Assembly: GCA_963749725.1 (NCBI GenBank)
Contig: CAVVNU010000014.1
Coordinates: forward strand, 998-64,997
Reading direction: 5' to 3'
Source: Waddliaceae bacterium
GTDB lineage: Bacteria > Chlamydiota > Chlamydiia > Chlamydiales > Waddliaceae
Length of the DNA stretch: 64,000 nt
Under the pieces are notes generated by a model that made no database searches, was not told where the DNA came from, and was given only the letters and a program-made list of their open reading frames with translations. This document shows positions 37,737 to 48,382 of the stretch, piece after piece. Every line of letters starts with the position of its first letter. The stretch's first letter is position 1. Made by a program: the position numbers and the translations under genes.

Positions 37737-38594
37737 GTGAAAGGCTCAAAGAGGTATGACTTGTTAAAACCCCTTTTTATGCCCGGTAAAAAACGCTCGA
37801 TGAACGTCATTGTGTTTGGCTCCGGTTCCGGAACGGTTTTAGAGGCTCTTCTTAGAGGTCGACAATCCTTGCACACTCCTGATGGCGCACCTCTTTTTGA
37901 AATCAAGGCGCTTTTTACAGATCGCATATGCCGCTTTCAAGAAATTGCAGAAAGAGAGAGAATCCCTCTGGTATTTCATTCTTTCTCTCGCTTTTTTAAA
38001 AACAGCAATAGCGAGAATCGCAACGATCCGAAGGTGCGAAAAGCATTTGACGAAATCAACGGCGAATTAATCGGCCAATGCGCAATCGATCGCGGATTTG
38101 AAATTGACCTCATCTTTCTTGCCGGATATATGAGACTTATTCACCCCCCCCTTCTCAAAAAATTTAAAGATAAAATCATCAACATTCATCCTTCCGACCT
38201 TACCGTCAAAAATCAAAACGGGACTCGGTGTTATGTGGGAGCTAATGCTGTTTATGATGCTCTTATGTCAGGAGAAACGAAAACCCGCTCTTCTGTGATT
38301 CTTATTGATGAAAATGTTGATAACGGCCCCATCCTGGCTTCAGGACCTTGGGTGCCTTACAAAGGGGATTTCCCGATTACATACAAGCGCGCGGCCTATC
38401 ATCAGGAAAAGCAAAAAGTTTTAAGCGACTGGCCTACATGTGTAAAGTCCTTGGAACTGATTGCCCAGGGGCGGTTGGCAATAGACAAAAACCGTCAAGT
38501 GTACATAGATGATGAACTGCAGCCTGAAGGCGGATATATTATGGAACGTTTTGAAGTCACGGAGTTTTTAGAATGTGCGGAATTTTCGGTATAA
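37737..38594 (+). CDS. purN: GAR formyltransferase (long variant)
   Basis: FGSGSGT, LAGYMR, INIHP, VDNGPI; start may be ATG 37779 or 37800. Confidence 0.88.
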   Translation: MKGSKRYDLLKPLFMPGKKRSMNVIVFGSGSGTVLEALLRGRQSLHTPDGAPLFEIKALFTDRICRFQEIAERERIPLVFHSFSRFFKNSNSENRNDPKVRKAFDEINGELIGQCAIDRGFEIDLIFLAGYMRLIHPPLLKKFKDKIINIHPSDLTVKNQNGTRCYVGANAVYDALMSGETKTRSSVILIDENVDNGPILASGPWVPYKGDFPITYKRAAYHQEKQKVLSDWPTCVKSLELIAQGRLAIDKNRQVYIDDELQPEGGYIMERFEVTEFLECAEFSV

Positions 38595-40015
38595 TAGGAA
38601 AATTGCCAGTTTCCAACTCTATCTATCATGGCATGATTCAATTGCAGCACCGGGGACAGGATGCAGCCGGAATTTTTACTTACGACCCAAAAACCCATAA
38701 GCATGCTCTTCATAAAGAGTTAGGCCTTGTCAAAGATGTTTATAAATCCGATATCCACACCCTTCCATATGCTTCTTGGGGAATCGGCCATGTACGCTAT
38801 TCAACCATTGGAAAAGGCAGACAAGCCGATGCGCAACCGCTATGCATTCAGGACGCTCGTACAATTGCAATGGCTTATAATGGCAACCTCGTTAACTATG
38901 GACAACTCAAACGCGAACTAGAGGATTATAATTGTTTATTTGAGACAACATGCGATCTAGAACCTCTTCTTCACCTTTTTTCTTCTCAATTGCCAAATGA
39001 AAATATTCAATTTTCCCATATAAAATCCGCTGCAAAACACATATTTCAAAAAGCTGTTGGAGCATATTCCATTGTTTGTTTGATTGCCGGAGTTGGAATA
39101 CTTGCAATCCGGGATCCTTATGGAATCAAACCATTATTAATGGGATTTGACGATGATCTTCAGTCATTTGCATTTGCTTCAGAAAATAATGCATTAAACG
39201 TCTTAGCTTATCAAAATATCAAAGACATCGCTCCCGGAGAACTGGTCTTTATCGACAAATATTTATATATTCATCGTGAAATTATTGAAACAAAACAGCA
39301 AGCTCTTTGCAGCTTTGAACATAACTATTTTTCCAAGCCTAATACCATTATTGATGGCCGAGAAGTCTACGAAAGCAGGAGCTTGCTCGGAAAAGCGCTG
39401 GCAAAACACATTCAAAATGCCGATATTGAGATTGATCTCGTTTCAGCCGTTCCCTCATCAGCTAGAGCTGCAGCGATTGCATTGTCTAAAACACTTAATA
39501 TTGACTATCAAGAAGGATTTGTTAAACAAGACTACATCGGCCGGACCTTTATTATGCCGACGCAAGGTTCGCGCCAAACAGCGCTATCGCGAAAACTGAC
39601 TGCAGTCCGCTCTGTATTTAAGGACAAAAACGTATTGCTTGTCGATGACAGTGTTGTCAGAGGCTCGGTTTCAAAACGTGCAATTTCTCTTGCCAAATGG
39701 GCGGGAGCGAAGAACGTCTATTTTGCATCCACATTTCCGCCTATCCGGCATCCATGTTTATACGGAATCGATTTCCCTACATTCGAGCAGCTCATCGCCT
39801 ATGGAAAAACCGTTGAGGAAATCGCTCAAGAGATCGATGCAAAAGCTCTTTTCTATAACACAATTGATGATCTCAAAAAAGCAATCGATACGCCTGCTTT
39901 GTGTACAGCATGCCTCTCAGGAAATTATCCAACCGAAGTTTGCGGAAAAGAGGAACTTCAAAAAGCAAGACTTGAAGACTTAAAGGACCTGGAAACAGCA
40001 CTATGCCATCACTAG
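38573..40015 (+). CDS. purF: Amidophosphoribosyltransferase
   Basis: MCGIFG, LQHRGQDAAG, GHVRYST, RDPYGIKP, VDDSVVRG, YGID, CTAC. Confidence 0.97.
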   Translation: MCGIFGIIGKLPVSNSIYHGMIQLQHRGQDAAGIFTYDPKTHKHALHKELGLVKDVYKSDIHTLPYASWGIGHVRYSTIGKGRQADAQPLCIQDARTIAMAYNGNLVNYGQLKRELEDYNCLFETTCDLEPLLHLFSSQLPNENIQFSHIKSAAKHIFQKAVGAYSIVCLIAGVGILAIRDPYGIKPLLMGFDDDLQSFAFASENNALNVLAYQNIKDIAPGELVFIDKYLYIHREIIETKQQALCSFEHNYFSKPNTIIDGREVYESRSLLGKALAKHIQNADIEIDLVSAVPSSARAAAIALSKTLNIDYQEGFVKQDYIGRTFIMPTQGSRQTALSRKLTAVRSVFKDKNVLLVDDSVVRGSVSKRAISLAKWAGAKNVYFASTFPPIRHPCLYGIDFPTFEQLIAYGKTVEEIAQEIDAKALFYNTIDDLKKAIDTPALCTACLSGNYPTEVCGKEELQKARLEDLKDLETALCHH

Positions 40016-41562
40016 AACCCATTCTTATTTTAGATTTTGGATCTCAATATACACAACTCATCGCCCGCAGAATTCGAGAGCTGGGAGTATTTACGGAAAT
40101 CCTTCCCCCTGAAACACCATTTGAAGAAATCAATCAATACAAACCAAAGGGAATTATTCTATCAGGAGGCCCGGGCTCCATTCATAAAAACCCTGTTAGC
40201 TGCGATCCTAAAATTGTTTCCTCGCCGCTTCCTGTTCTTGGAATCTGCTATGGCATGCAATTGTTGAATACTCTGCATAACGGATCGGTAACCCCTTCTA
40301 TTTCAGGAGAATATGGCAAGCAATCGATTAAACTGATCGATAAAAACGGAATATTTAAAGGTCTGCAATCCGATCAAGTCGCCTGGATGAGCCATGGAGA
40401 CAGCATATATGAACTTGCTAAAAGTTTAATGGTTACAGCCGTGAGCCGGTCGGGCCTCGTCGCCGCGATTCAGCATGGCACATTGCCTCAATTCGGCGTG
40501 CAATTCCACCCTGAAGTTACGCACACAAAAGAAGGTATTCATATCTTAGATAATTTTCTAAAGATCTGCAGGTGCAAGCAAAACTGGTCGCTTAGCAACT
40601 ACATAGAGAATATTAAAACCCAAATCCGAGATCAGGTCGGAAAAGGCCAAGTGATCAGCCTTGTCAGCGGAGGAGTGGATTCGACGGCAGCGACACTCCT
40701 TTGTTTTGAAGCTTTGGGCTCTGAAAAAGTGATCCCCTTGCATATCAATAACGGGCTTATGCGTGCAAACGAATCAGAAGAAGTGTGCACGCTGCTTAAA
40801 AAACATGGCATGTCCAACCTCCATTATATTAACGCTTCACAAGAGTTTCTAAAAGCATTGAAAGGGATCGTTGAACCTGAGAAGAAACGGGTAATCATAG
40901 GAGATCTCTTTATGCAAATCCTGGACAGAGAGCTTAAAAAGCTTAACTCTTCCAAAGAACGCACTTTTTTATGTCAGGGAACCCTATATACAGATCTTAT
41001 TGAAAGCGGAAAAGGAACTGGACAACACGCCGATGTTATTAAAAGCCATCATAATGTCAACTCTCCTATTGTTCAACAAAAGCGGGATGCCGGGCTGATC
41101 GTAGAGCCAAATAAAAAGGTTTTCAAAGATGAAGTGCGAAAAGTTTGCCGGGAGCTCGGCGTTCCTCGCTCTCTCACTTCAAGGCATCCATTTCCCGGCC
41201 CGGGGCTTGCAATCCGCATTCTTGGAGAAATTACAGAGAAGCGATTAGATACATTAAGGCATGCCGATCAAATCTATCTGGAAGAAATTATTCAAGCGGG
41301 CTATTATGATCAAATTTGGCAAGCTTTTGCCTGCCTGCTTCCTATTTCTACAGTAGGAGTGATGGGAGATAAGCGAACCACAGGCAATGTAATTGCTCTA
41401 AGGGCCGTGAGCAGCGTGGATGGCATGACTGCTGATTTTTCTCCGCTTCCAATGGACCTGCTTGGCCGTATCAGTACGCGTATCATCAATGAAGTCGCTT
41501 CCATTAACCGCGTTGTCTATGATGTCACTTCAAAACCTCCCGGAACAATTGAGTGGGAATGA
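40003..41562 (+). CDS. guaA: GMP synthase (glutamine-hydrolysing)
   Basis: LDFGSQY, GICYGMQ, QFHPE, SGGVDS, HPFPGPGL, KPPGTIEWE. Confidence 0.97.
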   Translation: MPSLEPILILDFGSQYTQLIARRIRELGVFTEILPPETPFEEINQYKPKGIILSGGPGSIHKNPVSCDPKIVSSPLPVLGICYGMQLLNTLHNGSVTPSISGEYGKQSIKLIDKNGIFKGLQSDQVAWMSHGDSIYELAKSLMVTAVSRSGLVAAIQHGTLPQFGVQFHPEVTHTKEGIHILDNFLKICRCKQNWSLSNYIENIKTQIRDQVGKGQVISLVSGGVDSTAATLLCFEALGSEKVIPLHINNGLMRANESEEVCTLLKKHGMSNLHYINASQEFLKALKGIVEPEKKRVIIGDLFMQILDRELKKLNSSKERTFLCQGTLYTDLIESGKGTGQHADVIKSHHNVNSPIVQQKRDAGLIVEPNKKVFKDEVRKVCRELGVPRSLTSRHPFPGPGLAIRILGEITEKRLDTLRHADQIYLEEIIQAGYYDQIWQAFACLLPISTVGVMGDKRTTGNVIALRAVSSVDGMTADFSPLPMDLLGRISTRIINEVASINRVVYDVTSKPPGTIEWE

Positions 41563-41608
41563 CAAATATGATCTATCGAAATCATTTCAGAATTTAAAGG
41601 AAAAAGCC

Positions 41609-42487
41609 ATCGATTACGACTATTTTAACAATTTCATTGAAGCCGGAAAAAGAGCTAAAGAGGTTCGGGATTACGGAAAGCCCCTCATTAAAAAAGGCGC
41701 GTCCTATCGATACGTGGTCTCTTGCATTCGAAAAAAGATCAAAGAACTTGGAGCAATTCCTGCATTCCCCCCGCAAATTGCTCTGAATGAAGTGGCGGCT
41801 CACTTCCTTCCCCGTTCCGGTGAAGACATTGTTTTTTCCAATGAAGTCATCAAACTCGATGTTGGAGTTTGCTATAAGGGAGCAATTGGAGACTGCGCCG
41901 CTACCATCGATCTTTCTGGAAAATATCAATCTCTTGTTGACTCTGTCGAAAAAGCTTTGAGCGCTGCAGAAGAAATAATTGAAGTCGGCCTGCCCATTCA
42001 AGAAATTGGAAGAGTCATTCAAAATACAATCGAATCATATGGTTTTAAACCCGTTAAGAACTTAGCCGGTCATGGACTGGGTCATTATTGTGTGCATAAA
42101 GAACCCATGATTCCAAATTGTTTTTATCGCATGAAAGAAAAAATCAAACCGGGAATGACTTTCGCGATTGAACCTTTTGCCACAAACGGAGAGGGATTTA
42201 TTATTGAAAAAGGCATGCCTGAAATTTTTTCTTTAACAAAACGTCGTTCTTCTCTTACTGTTGAAGCTAAAATGATGGTTGATCAAATCAAAACCTTGCA
42301 TGGGCTTCCCTTTGAAATAGGTGATTTAATTGGAGAGAACACGGATAAAATCATCAACCAGCTGCTTGACAAAGGAATTATAGAGGGTTATCCTCCTCTA
42401 GTAGAAAAACAGAGCGGCATGGTCGCGCAAGCAGAAAATTCTATCCTTATTACACCTGAAGGATCTGTTATTGCCACTACCCGTTAG
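41609..42487 (+). CDS. map: Type II (archaeal-like) methionine aminopeptidase; apparent ATC start
   Basis: AFP..NEVAAH, KLDVG, GDCA, NLAGHG, AIEPFAT, type II helical insert, YPPL, AQAE; AAGGA RBS 7 nt before in-frame ATC at 41609. Confidence 0.82.
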   Translation: MDYDYFNNFIEAGKRAKEVRDYGKPLIKKGASYRYVVSCIRKKIKELGAIPAFPPQIALNEVAAHFLPRSGEDIVFSNEVIKLDVGVCYKGAIGDCAATIDLSGKYQSLVDSVEKALSAAEEIIEVGLPIQEIGRVIQNTIESYGFKPVKNLAGHGLGHYCVHKEPMIPNCFYRMKEKIKPGMTFAIEPFATNGEGFIIEKGMPEIFSLTKRRSSLTVEAKMMVDQIKTLHGLPFEIGDLIGENTDKIINQLLDKGIIEGYPPLVEKQSGMVAQAENSILITPEGSVIATTR

Positions 42488-42495
42488 AATCAGTT

Positions 42496-42568
42496 TATAC
42501 CGATCGCGTTCTCAAAATGCAGTTTTTGGCAAAGAAAAATCCCGAACTTTGAGAGCGCGATCGATATA
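42496..42568. repeat. Family-A MITE
   Basis: TATACCGATCGCGTTCTCAAA...TTTGAGAGCGCGATCGATATA. Confidence 0.85.
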
Positions 42569-42597
42569 ATTTGCCGCTTTATTTATGCAATTAGACA

Positions 42598-43014
42598 CTA
42601 GTCGGAAGAGAATTTTAATAATAGCGTTCGTTGATGAGGTTTATCACGAAATTCAGCCAAAAAAATTCCTTGCCATTGGCCAAGGATTAACTGCCCATCT
42701 TCAACAGGAATGGCAAGATGCTGTTGCAAAAGGATCGATTTCATATGAGATGGAGAGTCATCTTCTCCTTCCAATGTGTGCTGAATATAGGGAAGATTTC
42801 GAGGAGCTAAATGTTTAAGAAAACTCTCCAGATCTTTTCTTGCCGTTGGGTCATAATTTTCTGATATTGTCAAAGCGCAACTGGTATGTATCAAAAATAG
42901 GTACAATATTCCTGAGTTTCTTGAAATATTTTTTTTAAGCCACTGTTCAACAATCTCTGTGATTGGATAAAAGCTCTCACCTTGAGTTGTAATTTGAATG
43001 CGTTGAATATTCAT
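42598..43014 (-). CDS. yjbQ: YjbQ/UPF0047 family protein
   Basis: HTSCAL..ENYDP, H..EG.DD...H, LGQWQGI..EF; start MNIQR at 43014. Confidence 0.9.
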   Translation of the reverse strand: MNIQRIQITTQGESFYPITEIVEQWLKKNISRNSGILYLFLIHTSCALTISENYDPTARKDLESFLKHLAPRNLPYIQHTLEGEDDSPSHMKSILLQQHLAIPVEDGQLILGQWQGIFLAEFRDKPHQRTLLLKFSSD

Positions 43015-43020
43015 CAAAAA

Positions 43021-43096
<76 letters not shown>

Positions 43097-43167
43097 GAAC
43101 AAAGTAAAAAAGATAGAGCAAATAACATTTATTCGCAAGCGAGAAATTCTATTTATGAAAAACACTA

Positions 43168-43438
43168 AGAGCCTGTTTAAAATCTCTGAAAAAGCACTTT
43201 TTCAGAGATTTTAAACAGGCTCTATACCGCTCGTGTTTCAAAATTTGAGATTTTGGCTTTGAGAAAACTTTCGCGGTTGAACGATTGCAAGTCGCTTAAT
43301 ATTAATCAATATTGAACGACTTGCAATCGTTCAACCACGAGGTTTTCTCTTTGCCAAAAACCAAATTTTGAAACACGAGCGGTATATACCGATCGCGCCC
43401 TCAAACAATGTATATGAATTTATGAAATTAGACATTAG
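43168..43438. repeat. Stack of MITEs: family B (43168-43223), full family A (43223-43386), partial A, family D (43406-43438)
   Basis: Abutting palindromes sharing TA junctions. Confidence 0.88.
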
Positions 43439-45452
43439 ATTCGCGCAGGGACTGATCCAACGTGATCATGTCCTTCATAATCGCTTCTGCTTCTTTTAGT
43501 TGATAGTCAGGTTTATTGGAAGAACCCTCTTCTCCTTGACTTAAAGGCGGATTCCAATCTGAATCTCCATCAATTATGTGTTGGTATATCGAATTATTTG
43601 CCAGCCTCTTTTGGCTTCTTTCTCTTAAAATCGGAAGAAATTTCTTCCATTCTGTTTTTCTTTTCTGAAGAGTTGGCATATAATAACGCACATACCACGG
43701 CTTAAGGCTTTTGCTAACGTCTGTTAAACTATCTTGAAATGAAGGGTCAATACTATCTGGCTTCAAAGGATGTTGAAGATACTCCTCCCCGATTAATTCA
43801 TTGCTAAAATAGCTGGGGACAACAACATCCGCTTTTACTCCGTTGATCTGGGGAGTTTTTCCCGAAACTGTATAATATTTCCCCACAGTGACTTTAAAAC
43901 GAGAAACATTGCCTCCATCTGTAATTGTTTGACTTTGAATTGTCCCCTTTCCATAAGTACGCTTATCTCCAACTATCAAAGCAACACCATAATCTTGAAG
44001 AGCTTGAGAGACGATCTCAGCTGCAGAAGCCGTCGCCTTTGAGGTCAGAATGATCAAAGGTCCGTCAAATGAAACTTTACTATCCATGTCGCGGTAGTAG
44101 TGCTTGACTCCATTATTGTACTTTGATACAACGACAACACCATTTGTAATAAACTCCCCGGCAACCTGGACTGCCTGGCTTAAAAAACCTCCGCCGTTTT
44201 CTCGAAAATCTAAAATCAACCCTTTAAGTTTACCCTGTTTCTTTAAGTCGCTGATCGCTTTACGCATATCATTTGCACTGGATATTCCATTTTTTCCCTG
44301 ATAAAATGAATCCATGGATAATATTCCAATGATTCCATTTTCAAAAGGTATGGATTTTGTTTTTACTCTTCCTTGATCAACCTCAATAAATTCTCGAGGC
44401 AAGGTCACCTTCACTTCTTTATCGCGGCCATCAATTTGCCTTTTTAGAACCAAATTAACATGAGGCTTGGTCTGATCCCTTAATTTATTTGCCAGCTCTT
44501 GAAGAGTGCTTCTTTCAACATCTGTTCCATTAATTTGAATAATCCGATCGCCAATTTTCACCTCGCCGCTTTTTTGAGCAGGCCCGCCTTTAATCATGCG
44601 CGCAATTACAACACCTTCAGGTTTTTCTGTTAATACAACTCCTATCCCCTTAAAACCTTTTTCAAGACGAATTTTCAAATCAAGAGCTTCATTCTTATCG
44701 AGAAACGCGGTATGGGAGTCCAAACTTTTCGAAAGAGCTTTTAAAATGTGCATGACAAACAAATTTTCTTTTTGCGGTTGTGAAAGTTGCCTGCCCTGGC
44801 TATCGACATACAAGTATTGGTTTTCTTTGTGCGCCAATACTTCCAGAAATTCATTCAATGTTTTTTCCCGGTTCTCCATCACTGCCCGATCTCCGTACTG
44901 CGCTCTTTCACTGCTGATATAAAGAATAATCTCATCTTTAATTCGTTTTTTTAGCACCTGGATAGAATCGGCAAAAGAGCGGTTTTTATCCTTATTGAAA
45001 AAGTCCAACTCATTAGGATCTTCTTTGCTGCTTTGAAATAGAATTTCAGGTTTCTCCAGTATCTCTTTTCTATAGTTTCTTGCACGTAAAATCGCATTTT
45101 GAATCACTCGATTAATCTCTTCAAACTTATAAAATTTTCCCTCTTTGTATTCCTTCAGTTCACGATCAAGCTGGCCATTAGTGATATTCAAAATCTCATT
45201 TACTTCAGATTGAAAGAGATAGACCCGATCCGGATCAAACTGATCAATATATTCCCGGTAAGACCTTTTCAATATCTCGCCGGTCATTTGTTTTTGACCA
45301 AGGTGCTGATTTAAAATATCTCCCATTATCCTTTGCACATCATCTGCTTTTAGTAAATCGCTGCTTTGTGCAAAAGCGCTATTAGGTAAAACGAGTATAA
45401 CAAAAATAAGAAGATATCGAGAGAAATGCCTAATACGGTGAAATGGATTCAT
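43428..45452 (-). CDS. tsp: Tail-specific (carboxy-terminal processing) protease, S41, PDZ domain
   Basis: LDSHT, GIG, PDZ region, LDFRENGGG, TASAAEI, TYGKGTIQ. Confidence 0.92.
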   Translation of the reverse strand: MNPFHRIRHFSRYLLIFVILVLPNSAFAQSSDLLKADDVQRIMGDILNQHLGQKQMTGEILKRSYREYIDQFDPDRVYLFQSEVNEILNITNGQLDRELKEYKEGKFYKFEEINRVIQNAILRARNYRKEILEKPEILFQSSKEDPNELDFFNKDKNRSFADSIQVLKKRIKDEIILYISSERAQYGDRAVMENREKTLNEFLEVLAHKENQYLYVDSQGRQLSQPQKENLFVMHILKALSKSLDSHTAFLDKNEALDLKIRLEKGFKGIGVVLTEKPEGVVIARMIKGGPAQKSGEVKIGDRIIQINGTDVERSTLQELANKLRDQTKPHVNLVLKRQIDGRDKEVKVTLPREFIEVDQGRVKTKSIPFENGIIGILSMDSFYQGKNGISSANDMRKAISDLKKQGKLKGLILDFRENGGGFLSQAVQVAGEFITNGVVVVSKYNNGVKHYYRDMDSKVSFDGPLIILTSKATASAAEIVSQALQDYGVALIVGDKRTYGKGTIQSQTITDGGNVSRFKVTVGKYYTVSGKTPQINGVKADVVVPSYFSNELIGEEYLQHPLKPDSIDPSFQDSLTDVSKSLKPWYVRYYMPTLQKRKTEWKKFLPILRERSQKRLANNSIYQHIIDGDSDWNPPLSQGEEGSSNKPDYQLKEAEAIMKDMITLDQSLRESNV

Positions 45453-45496
45453 GCTGTCTATTCCTTAATAATCGCCTAAAACATTTTTGCATTGCC

Positions 45497-45935
45497 TAAG
45501 AACCTGTTCAAAAGTGTACCGGTCGCGCCCTCAAAATTTGGGATTTTGGCTTTGAGAAAACGTGCTTGCGATCGTCCAACCAAGAGGGATTTCTCTTTGC
45601 CGAAAACCAAATTTTGAGGGCGCGAGCGGTATATAACTTAATACTATAATTGTAACTTTTTTTTTGAAAGTTTTCAACTCGACTTTGAAAAATCAAGTTC
45701 AAGAAAACAAAAAAATTGTGTAAGGCCTCAAAATTTAGGATTTTGAACCCGCAATCGGTATACAATAACTACAAATTCGGCTAGAATGCCATTGATATCT
45801 AAATAGTTAAAATCTATACCCAATGAACTCCAAGATTTGGTTTTTGGCAAAGAAAAAGTCCCGAATCTTGAAGCTGATTGGGTATATGCCGCTCCTCACC
45901 CCTAAAATCCCGAATTTTGAAATGCGGCGGGTATA
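45497..45935. repeat. Cluster of family-A MITEs (45515-45633, ~45726-45761, 45815-45886, 45885-45935) with a family-B end at ~45497
   Basis: Repeated TATACC...CAAAATTTGG...AATTTTGA...GGTATA palindromes. Confidence 0.82.
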
Positions 45936-45972
45936 AATTCAAAAAATTTAATAAAATATATATACTCCGATT

Positions 45973-46722
45973 ATGATGAATCATCAGCCAGAAAATACGT
46001 TTTCATTGGATATTTTTGAAGGGCCGCTCGCTTTTCTTTTGCACTTGATACAAAAGAGTGAAATCAATATCCACGATATTCCCATCGCGGAAATCACCAA
46101 ACAGTATCATGAAAAAATTCATGAATGGTTAACGCTTTCCGTAGATGAAGGAGCGGAATTTATCAGCACGGCAACATTGCTGATATTAATGAAAAGCAGA
46201 CATTTGCTTCCCAAACACGAAACTTTAGAAGAAGTGGAAGATGATCCGGATCCAAATTTTGAAATCATTCATCAACTTCTTGAATACTGCCGCTTCAAAG
46301 AAGCCGCAAAAAACTTATCTGAGCAAGAATCTAAACAACATGCCTTTTTTCGACGAGGAGTACACTCCTTGCCGGAAGCGCAAAAACAGCTGGGTATCGA
46401 GCATATAAGTATAAATGATTTAGCTGCCCTTTTTGAAAAAATATTGCATAAATTTGAATCGCAAAACAAAAAAATCACCGAAGAAGAATGGCGTGTTTCA
46501 GATAAAATTCATCTTTTAAGAAAGGCTCTTAAAGAAAAGGAAAAAATTTCTTTTAATTTTCTTTTTTCAGCAGACCGCCTAAAACCGGAGCTGATTGTAA
46601 ATTTTTTAGCATTGCTTGAATTGATGAAAATCGGAGAATGCTTTGTCGCCAAAGAAGAGCAATCCGGCCAGGTGTATATTTTCAAGGGTTCGTATGACGC
46701 AAAACATGATCAAAAAATCTGA
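45973..46722 (+). CDS. scpA: Segregation and condensation protein A
   Basis: FEGPL..LLHLI, KSR.LLP, FLALLEL. Confidence 0.93.
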   Translation: MMNHQPENTFSLDIFEGPLAFLLHLIQKSEINIHDIPIAEITKQYHEKIHEWLTLSVDEGAEFISTATLLILMKSRHLLPKHETLEEVEDDPDPNFEIIHQLLEYCRFKEAAKNLSEQESKQHAFFRRGVHSLPEAQKQLGIEHISINDLAALFEKILHKFESQNKKITEEEWRVSDKIHLLRKALKEKEKISFNFLFSADRLKPELIVNFLALLELMKIGECFVAKEEQSGQVYIFKGSYDAKHDQKI

Positions 46723-47311
46723 GCAAACCATCGATACCGCGGTAAAAGAACATGGCAAAAGGATCATTGAAAGCCTTTTATTTTCATCAAGCGAACCTGT
46801 AGCTTTAAAAAAGCTAAAAGAGATCTTGGATACCGCCCATTCTTTTTCAACATCGGAAGTAAAGGAGATGATTGACTCATTGCAAAAAGAATATACAGAG
46901 CAAAATCGTGCCTTTCAAATCGAAGAAATTGCAAAAGGATACCTTTTAAGAACGCGTGAAAAATATAATCATTATATTCGACTGCTCCTGAAAAGTTCAA
47001 GACCCGACCGCTTGTCGAATGCCGCTTTGGAAGTGCTGGCAATTATTGTCTACCGGCAACCCATCACCCGCCCTCAAATCGATGCAATCAGAGGAGTGGA
47101 TTCTTCAGGAATCCTTCACACTCTAATGGATAGGCAATTGATTGAACCAAGCGGCAGACTAGAAGTTCCGGGGCGGCCGACACTTTATTCGATCACTTCA
47201 CAGTTTTTACAACATTTTGGACTCAAAGATAAAAACGACTTGCCTATACCGAAACAACTTCAAAATCCAAATTTTGAAATCGAAAGCAGTATGCAGCTTC
47301 AACAACAATGA
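46694..47311 (+). CDS. scpB: Segregation and condensation protein B
   Basis: IESLLF, LSNAALEVLAIIVYRQPITR, IRGVDS, PGRP, FLQHFGL. Confidence 0.93.
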   Translation: MTQNMIKKSEQTIDTAVKEHGKRIIESLLFSSSEPVALKKLKEILDTAHSFSTSEVKEMIDSLQKEYTEQNRAFQIEEIAKGYLLRTREKYNHYIRLLLKSSRPDRLSNAALEVLAIIVYRQPITRPQIDAIRGVDSSGILHTLMDRQLIEPSGRLEVPGRPTLYSITSQFLQHFGLKDKNDLPIPKQLQNPNFEIESSMQLQQQ

Positions 47312-48354
47312 GCGTCATTATGATGAAAAAAGTCGTAATCCATAAGCCGGGAAGCTACCGACAGCTCAGGATTGAGAAAGCTGAAGACCCTATTCCCGAT
47401 GATGACGGGGTACTAATTGAAGTTAAGGCCTGCGGAGTCAATTTTGCCGACTGTTGTATCCGTTTAGGCGTCTATGCTTCCGCGAAAAAATATATTGGAT
47501 GGCCCATCACACCCGGTTTCGAAGTTTCCGGCAATATCATTAAAGTTGGAAAAAATGTTAAAGAGCAAAAAATCGGATCAAGAGTAATCGCTGTCACCCG
47601 TTTTGGAGGCTATAGCAGCCGCATTGTTGTTCCTGCTAATCAAGTATTCCCTCTTCCTTCTTCACTCAGTTACGAAGAGGGCGCTTCCCTTCCTGCGGTT
47701 TTTCTAACCGCTTATTACGGCATGCATGAACTTGCTCATCCTCATTGCTGTTCGCATTTGCTTATTCACTCGGCTGCCGGTGGAGTTGGAAGCGCACTTG
47801 TACAATTAGGCAAGGCGGCAAACTGTATCGTGACCGGAGTCGTGGGTTCCGGACATAAGACAGCCTCTGTGCAATCTCTCGGCGCTGATAACGTCATTGA
47901 TAAATCCACTCAACCACTCTGGAAAAAGGCAGAAGACCTGGCTCCAAAAGGATTCGATGTCATTTTTGATGCAAACGGACCCGAAACGTTGAAAAGAAGC
48001 TATCAACACCTGGCTCCAGGGGGAAAATTAGTTGTCTATGGATTTCATTCCATGTTGAGCAAAGGCAAAGGGTCGCTAAACTGGCTCCGCATTATTTGGG
48101 GATATTTGATCACTCCTAGATTTAATCCATTGAACATGACAGGAGACAACCGCAGCGTGCTTGCATTTAACCTCAGCTATCTATTCGACCAAAATTGGAT
48201 GCTCCAAGAGGGGATGAAATACATACTAAACCTCTACAACTTAAAAAAAATTATCCCTCCTCCAATTACCGTTTATTCATTGGAAAATGTGCAAGAAGCG
48301 CATCGAGCTCTTGAATCCAGTCAAACTATCGGAAAGTTGATTCTTATTCCTTGA
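47308..48354 (+). CDS. MDR-family (VAT-1/quinone oxidoreductase-like) NADPH oxidoreductase
   Basis: GVNFAD, TPGFEVSG, LTAYY, HSAAGGVG, GKLIL. Confidence 0.88.
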   Translation: MSVIMMKKVVIHKPGSYRQLRIEKAEDPIPDDDGVLIEVKACGVNFADCCIRLGVYASAKKYIGWPITPGFEVSGNIIKVGKNVKEQKIGSRVIAVTRFGGYSSRIVVPANQVFPLPSSLSYEEGASLPAVFLTAYYGMHELAHPHCCSHLLIHSAAGGVGSALVQLGKAANCIVTGVVGSGHKTASVQSLGADNVIDKSTQPLWKKAEDLAPKGFDVIFDANGPETLKRSYQHLAPGGKLVVYGFHSMLSKGKGSLNWLRIIWGYLITPRFNPLNMTGDNRSVLAFNLSYLFDQNWMLQEGMKYILNLYNLKKIIPPPITVYSLENVQEAHRALESSQTIGKLILIP

Positions 48355-48382
48355 TAATCGCGCGATCAGTATAGGTTTTTAC

